NCBI GenBank assembly: GCA_002269645.1
Contig: NIVC01004536.1
Location: 34,579-77,442, forward strand
Source of the DNA: Macrostomum lignano
Lineage: Eukaryota
Length of the DNA stretch: 42,864 nucleotides
Reading direction: 5' to 3'
Shown: in pieces, positions 37,190-42,864 of the stretch
Layout: each line of letters begins with the position of its first letter
Position numbering within the stretch: position 1 is the first letter of the stretch
Position numbers and translations under genes: made by a program
The notes under the pieces: generated by a model
Seen by the model: the letters and a program-made list of their open reading frames with translations, nothing else
Told to the model about the DNA's origin: nothing
The model's database searches: none

Positions 37190-37446
37190 ATCAACCATCG
37201 TGTCATTTTGGGTCATCAACCATCGGGTCATTTTGGGTGATCAACCATCGGGTCATTTTGGGTGATCAACCATCGGGTCATTTTGGGTGATCAACCATCG
37301 GGTCATTTTGGGTGATCAACCATCGTGTCATTTTGAGTTATCAGCCATCGGGTCATTTTGGGTGATCAACCATCGGGTCATTTTGGGTGATCAACCATCG
37401 TGTCATTTTGAGTTATCAGCCATCAGGTCATTTGGGGCCATCAACT
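37190..37446 (+). repeat. 25-bp tandem repeat (GATCAACCATCGGGTCATTTTGGGT)
   Basis: About 10 units. Confidence 0.95.
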
Positions 37447-37799
37447 GTTGGGCCTCTTGTACAAGCGTTACACATCAACATTGATTTGATTTGACAAAAA
37501 AATATATCAAAAGTGCACTGAATACAAAAATATAACATTTACTTAATAACCTAAACACTGAATTGGTCTACTTTTTTTCCAAAAAGTACTTTAAGATGCA
37601 CTGAAATTACAGACAGACATGCGACAGTTTTTCAATTATCCTAACGAGACTACTTGCAACATAGTAGTGAGTAATAGCAAATATTGATGAATACTAAATA
37701 AAGTACGCAACAAGAACTGTCTAGGCGCATGGATAACAACCTACTTACCTATCTACGTGCCTAGGTAAGCCTATCAGCCGGGATTGCTGAAAACTGTTT

Positions 37800-38290
37800 T
37801 AAAGGACTTGGAGGATAAAAGGACTGTGCTAAAAATAGAACGGTTTTTGGGCTAGGCTAAAGTTAAAACGGAGTCGCATGTGAACTTATTGGCTGATACC
37901 GATTGGCTGGAGGGACTGGGCTTAAAATAGAACTGTTTATTGGGCTAGTCTAAAGTTATAACTGGGTCGCATGTGAACTTATTGACTGATACCGATTGGC
38001 TGGAGGGACTGGGCTAAAAATAGAACTGTTTATTGGCTAGGCTAAAGTTAGAACTGGGTCGCATGTGAACTTATTGGCTGATACCGATTGGCTGGAGGGA
38101 CTGGGCTTAAAATAGAACTGTTTATTGGGCTAGGCTAAAGTTATAACTGGGTCGCGTGTGAACTTATTGGCTTATACCGATTGGCTGGAGGGACTGGGAT
38201 AAAAATAAAACTATTTATTGGGCTAGGCTAGGCTAAAGTCAGAACTGGGTCGCATGTGAACTTATTGGCTGAAGGGTCTGGACTAAAAGT
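37800..38290 (+). repeat. ~93-bp tandem repeat containing ATTGG (CCAAT) motifs
   Basis: GCATGTGAACTTATTGGCTGATACCGATTGGCTGGAGGGACTGGG recurs at ~37876, 37969, 38061, 38154 and 38252. Confidence 0.9.
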
Positions 38291-38561
38291 AGAACGGTTA
38301 ATTAAGTGGACTAGGTTCAGAATAGAAGAGATCCATACTTTATTATGAATACATAAATATACATATAAATAGCGCTGTTTGGTTATTTAGTGTGTGTGTA
38401 CTAACCAGATACAGAACAGAACAGAGTACTAGTAAATCGCAAAGCCTAGTTTTGTTCATCTATAAAAGTACATTTACACGTGCATGTACACTTGAGAACT
38501 ACGAATCATTTTGAAGGTGAGAATATAATGATCAGGATGACTCAGAAAGATTACTGGACCA

Positions 38562-38834
38562 TCAATTTCGGGAGGGGGGCAATTTTTGGACGGGACTCGG
38601 GAGTCTAGATTGCACTGGCCGAGGGCGCGGTCCGGTCGGGCCGCAGCAGGTAGGCGTGATGCGGGTGACCGCTCCTCGCAGAGTCAACGGCCCAACAAAC
38701 GTGCCGATGCTGTTGGGCACCTTCACGTCTTCGATTGAGCCGCCGCGCCCGGAGTCGTCCACGCTGGCTTCCTCGGACAGTCGGCGCTCATGGTGCTGCG
38801 CACCGTCTGTCTGGCCGGTGAGAATCAGGCCGGG
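38562..38834 (-). CDS. Probable terminal coding exon of an unidentified gene lying to the right
   Basis: A ttttag acceptor is followed by a 91-codon GC-rich frame ending in TGA (PGLILTGQTDGAQHHERRLSEEASVDDSGRGGSIEDVKVP...). No family was recognised and no upstream exon was found. Confidence 0.35.
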   Translation of the reverse strand, partial: PGLILTGQTDGAQHHERRLSEEASVDDSGRGGSIEDVKVPNSIGTFVGPLTLRGAVTRITPTCCGPTGPRPRPVQSRLPSPVQKLPPSRN

Positions 38835-40484
38835 CTAAAATTAGAGCAGAGTGATGTGGCTGGTTTTTTGCTAACAAACACAAGCTAAAAATAGAACAAT
38901 TACGAGCTATAATGTAAACAAAGGGCGGAGTGATCGGGTGACTGTCCTGATTTCTGATTGGCTGATAGAAATCAGCTAAAATAGGAATGACTTTTAGAGA
39001 TCACTTGGAGTGAGGTGGGTGTTTTTCTAGCTACACAAAATGCCGCTAGCCTAAAATAGTCTGGAGGGAGAGGTGGGCGCTTTTCAGCGATTGCCAATTA
39101 ATTGGCTGAGAGAAATAAGAATGAACTAAAAATAGACTGAATGATAGTGTGGCGGATAGAAAGTGTCCGGAGTGGGTGGGTGGTCGTTCTCTGTTGCGGA
39201 TTGGCTGAGAAAACGAAGCTAAAAATTCAATGACTTTTATGGCAGAAATACATATGAAGAGCTCGGGTAACTGACGCATCCAGGGGGTCAAGGGGTCAGC
39301 TTATCCCTCGGAAAAAAATCCGCGATCCACCACTGGTAAAAGTGGGTAAAGTTGCTTGTGCGCTGCAAGTTAAAATCTAAACTGGGTGACTGTTGCATTT
39401 TCTTATTTCAATTCTTTATCATCCATCGGACTGAGGCTAAAACATGCCAAGAATCTTCGCTCAACGCATTTCGTTATTGGAAAGAGAAAAGAGAAAGAAA
39501 GCAAGCGAATTTCTCCGATCAAAGCAGACCGATACAGGCTTGTTGTTAGTTACGCAGCGACAAAAAAAACAGAAAGCAGATTTCAGGGAAAGATATACCG
39601 TACGAGAAGACAAAAAAGGAACGGAAACAGAAAAAAGTCGCTGGTGATAATAATAGTAATGACCTAAAGAAGCTTGCACTGAAACGAAGTGGCCATTAGC
39701 AGTTTTGACATTGTGTTTCCGCGCGTTGCGACGCGTGTTCCGTTCGGTTAAAAGCGAAAAGCAGCAGAAAAGCCGCAAGGCACAAAAAAACTGAAAACTT
39801 TCTTTATCACCGGCTACAGATCTGGGTGGGATGAAAAGAGGCGGAAGCTTATTGGGATAATGGCAATGGGAAGAGGATTGGCAAAGAGTTATGCAACAGT
39901 TTGTCTGGCGCTAATAAGCTGCCAAGCACACTCGCCAGCAGTCCAGTGGAAGCATGATAGCCATGGGATCCGGAGAGATGAGGGACTGAGAAACTGTGCC
40001 AGTCTAGGCTTTCCTAGTATAGTTGGCAAGGGAAATACTAATGTCATTTGGGAATTTTCGATGCAGGCGCGCTTTGGTTCGAGTCTGACTGGCTTGCAGC
40101 AGAAATTCCCATTGAGTTATCCGACAGATAATATGAATAGAAGGCACCAGAGCCGCTCGATTCCTGCTAATTACAATAATATCCTGTTGGTGACTTGGTT
40201 GGCTCGCCCCAGAACTGCGACCTGACAAGTTTAATAATAACTGCTGCACAGGATTAGCCAAGTGGCTCAGCTTTTCATTTCCCGTGCGGGGCAACTGGAG
40301 GCCACAGCTGGCCAAGGTGTGCGCTGATCAGCTTTGATTAAAAGTGTGAATTGCTCACTTGTTTCTGCGATTGTCGGTGGGGGGGGGCACAGCCAAAATC
40401 TGGTTTCCATTGTCTGCTGGGATCGTCTTTGACCTCGGCTGGGATTGCCTTGTTTCAGTGTCCTCGACAGCAAACTTGACACTG

Positions 40485-40766
<282 letters not shown>

Positions 40767-41334
40767 TGGCAATCTCAAAAGTTCCTAAAACAGTTTCGAA
40801 TCTCCACCAAGTTTCAAGCTTCAACTACAAATTTTCACAATTTCCCGAGAGCGACTGCTCTCATAGTGCGACTTCCCCTCTCCGCCTCTCGCTCGCGTGT
40901 TTGCAGTGGGACAACAACTCTCGCTAATATCCAGGGAAGTTATTCGACTGAATAGAGACAGCCCTACCGTATAGGCATGAGAATGAGAAGCATGAGTGAT
41001 GAAGAAGTTTTCCTATGAGGAGAGGAGAGAGAAAGAGAGAAGTCGCGGGAGACAAACAAGAGCAGGGGGTCAGGTGGGTGGCGGGCGGTTGAATCAGCTG
41101 AGAGCGGGCACAGGTGAAGTTTGAAATTGGAGAATGATAGATTAGATACTGGGCTGGGTATTTATAAGTTAAGCCTTTCAATTCTGTGATACTCGGCTTC
41201 ATCGTGCCACGAGGTGCAGCGCCACTGTCTTGCGATGCCCAAGGACGCGAGTAACAGAAGTCTCGCCTATCCTTTCTAACTGAGACGGGGGTTGTAGGGC
41301 CAGATACAGGACCTAGCACAGGACTGCGGGTCAG

Positions 41335-41776
41335 AGGGAGAGAGGAGAGGGAAGAGAGAAGAGAGGAAGGAGAAGAGAGGGGAGACGAGAAGAGAGGAGA
41401 GACGAGAAGAGAGAGAGGAGAGACGAGAAGAGAGGAGAGACGAGAAGAGAGGAGAGACGAGAAGAGAGGGGAGACGAGAAGAGAGAGTAGACGAGAAGAG
41501 AGGAGAGACGAGAAGAGAGGGAGACGAGAAGAGAGGGAGACGAGAAGAGAGGAGAGAAGAGAAGAGAGGGGAGACGAGAAGAGAGGAGAGACGAGAGAGA
41601 GAGGAGAGACGAGAAGAGAGGAGAGACGAGAAGAGAGGGGAGACGAGAAGAGAGAGGAGAGACGAGAAGAGAGGAGAGACGAGAAGAGAGGAGAGACGAG
41701 AAGAGAGGAGAGGAGAGACGAGAAGAGAGGAGAGACGAGAAGAGAGGAGAGACGAGAAAGAGAGGAGAGAGAGAAG

Positions 41777-41808
<32 letters not shown>

Positions 41809-41880
41809 AGAGAGGAGAGACGAGAAGAGAGGAGAGACGAGAAGAGAGGAGATTCAAAATAAGAGAGCTGAGAGGAGACA
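41335..41880 (+). repeat. Purine-rich ~17-bp repeat (GAGAAGAGAGGAGAGAC)n
   Basis: Direct reading. It ends in GAACCTTGGGCGGGCCGGATTGC, similar to the hAT-like element junction at 22978-23002. Confidence 0.93.
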
Positions 41881-42725
41881 CGAACCTTGGGCGGGCCGGA
41901 TTGCAGACGCAACTTAACGGCAACTTAAGGACATGCATGTCAAAAACTTCACTCAGCCGACACCTGGCTAAAAAAGGTGATTTTAGGAAGAATTCTCCCC
42001 TCCCCACAGGCTCTAGTTTCTATCTAGATCTCCTTGCCTCTGAGAATTGTGTCGCTCCTTCCCTATTTTCACTCCTCCCTTAGCAGGACGCAATTACCCG
42101 AAGTAACAGCAGCTTTAGACAGAGGCTAAACTCGCTAGAGGAGGGAGTTAGGAAAGGAAAAAAGGAACAGTAGCGGGAGCTCGCAGGTCATAAAATTGTG
42201 TTTTATGATCGGAACGGAGGGGCCACAAGCGGTACCGAGTGGAGACGGGAAGCCACGGAAGCAAATGCCAATAACTGGAGCCTCCGTTCCAATGCGAAAA
42301 ATTTCAGATGCCCCCCCCCCCCTATTACTCAGATAACTCGAGACAACAAAAGTATCTAAGATTCTTTATGGCAATCTTGGAACAAAGAAGCAAGGAGCAG
42401 GCCGATGGAAACCAAAGTAGCTCGTAGTGAGCAGCACAGTAAGAACTGCAGGAATCCGCCCCACCATCAGCAGGTGCTGAAAGTCAGCGCTGCTGCTCAG
42501 ATGGATTGTGGCGTTGAGACCCGGGGCAGCTGATGCGGAGCAGCGCCGTGCTGGCAGCCGGGGTCTGTTCCGCCAATTTCAGAGCTGAGCAGTTGCTGGC
42601 TGGCTGAGCACACAGTCATTAGCTGTCAGTCTGCTGCTGTTTGCATCGCTGCGAATCTCCCTGCTTCACGCCCGGAAGGGGCGGGAGTCTGACTGCGTTC
42701 CATCTGCATGAGGCTTGCGCTGCAG

Positions 42726-42727
42726 CC

Positions 42728-42759
<32 letters not shown>

Positions 42760-42825
42760 AGAGTGTCTGCTTCTGTCTGTCTGCTGTGCTGTCTGTCTGT
42801 CTGTCTGTCTGCCTGTCTGTCTGCC

Positions 42826-42864
<39 letters not shown>
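42726..42864 (+). repeat. (TCTG)n microsatellite running off the window edge
   Basis: Direct reading. Confidence 0.97.

Noticed and set aside
42100-42420. LINE endonuclease relic (SDH motif on the minus strand)
   Set aside because: Only a tripeptide among stops; there is not enough support.

Overview
This is eukaryotic, intron-containing, microsatellite-rich animal DNA. The repeat content and GC-rich, poly-Q coding style suggest a flatworm such as Macrostomum (inference only). It holds a 4-exon CFAP92-like ciliary gene (+, 2137-7261) and two tandem minus-strand DEG/ENaC (ASIC/FaNaC superfamily) channel genes with the same 12-exon structure (A 10719-20542, B 25970-34214). The main discovery is a ~380-aa cassette in the extracellular finger region of both channels: kringle-1 N-half, a WSC domain, kringle-1 C-half, then a second complete kringle. 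The WSC domain is therefore nested inside a split kringle, and the cassette is built mostly from symmetric phase-1 exons, so modules could be skipped in frame. Several cassette exons are missing from the supplied ORF track and were read by hand. The rest of the window is SINEs, hAT-type MITEs, RTE fragments, a remnant channel first exon and many micro/minisatellites. Exon models come from manual GT-AG and phase reasoning plus A/B comparison; no database searches were run.
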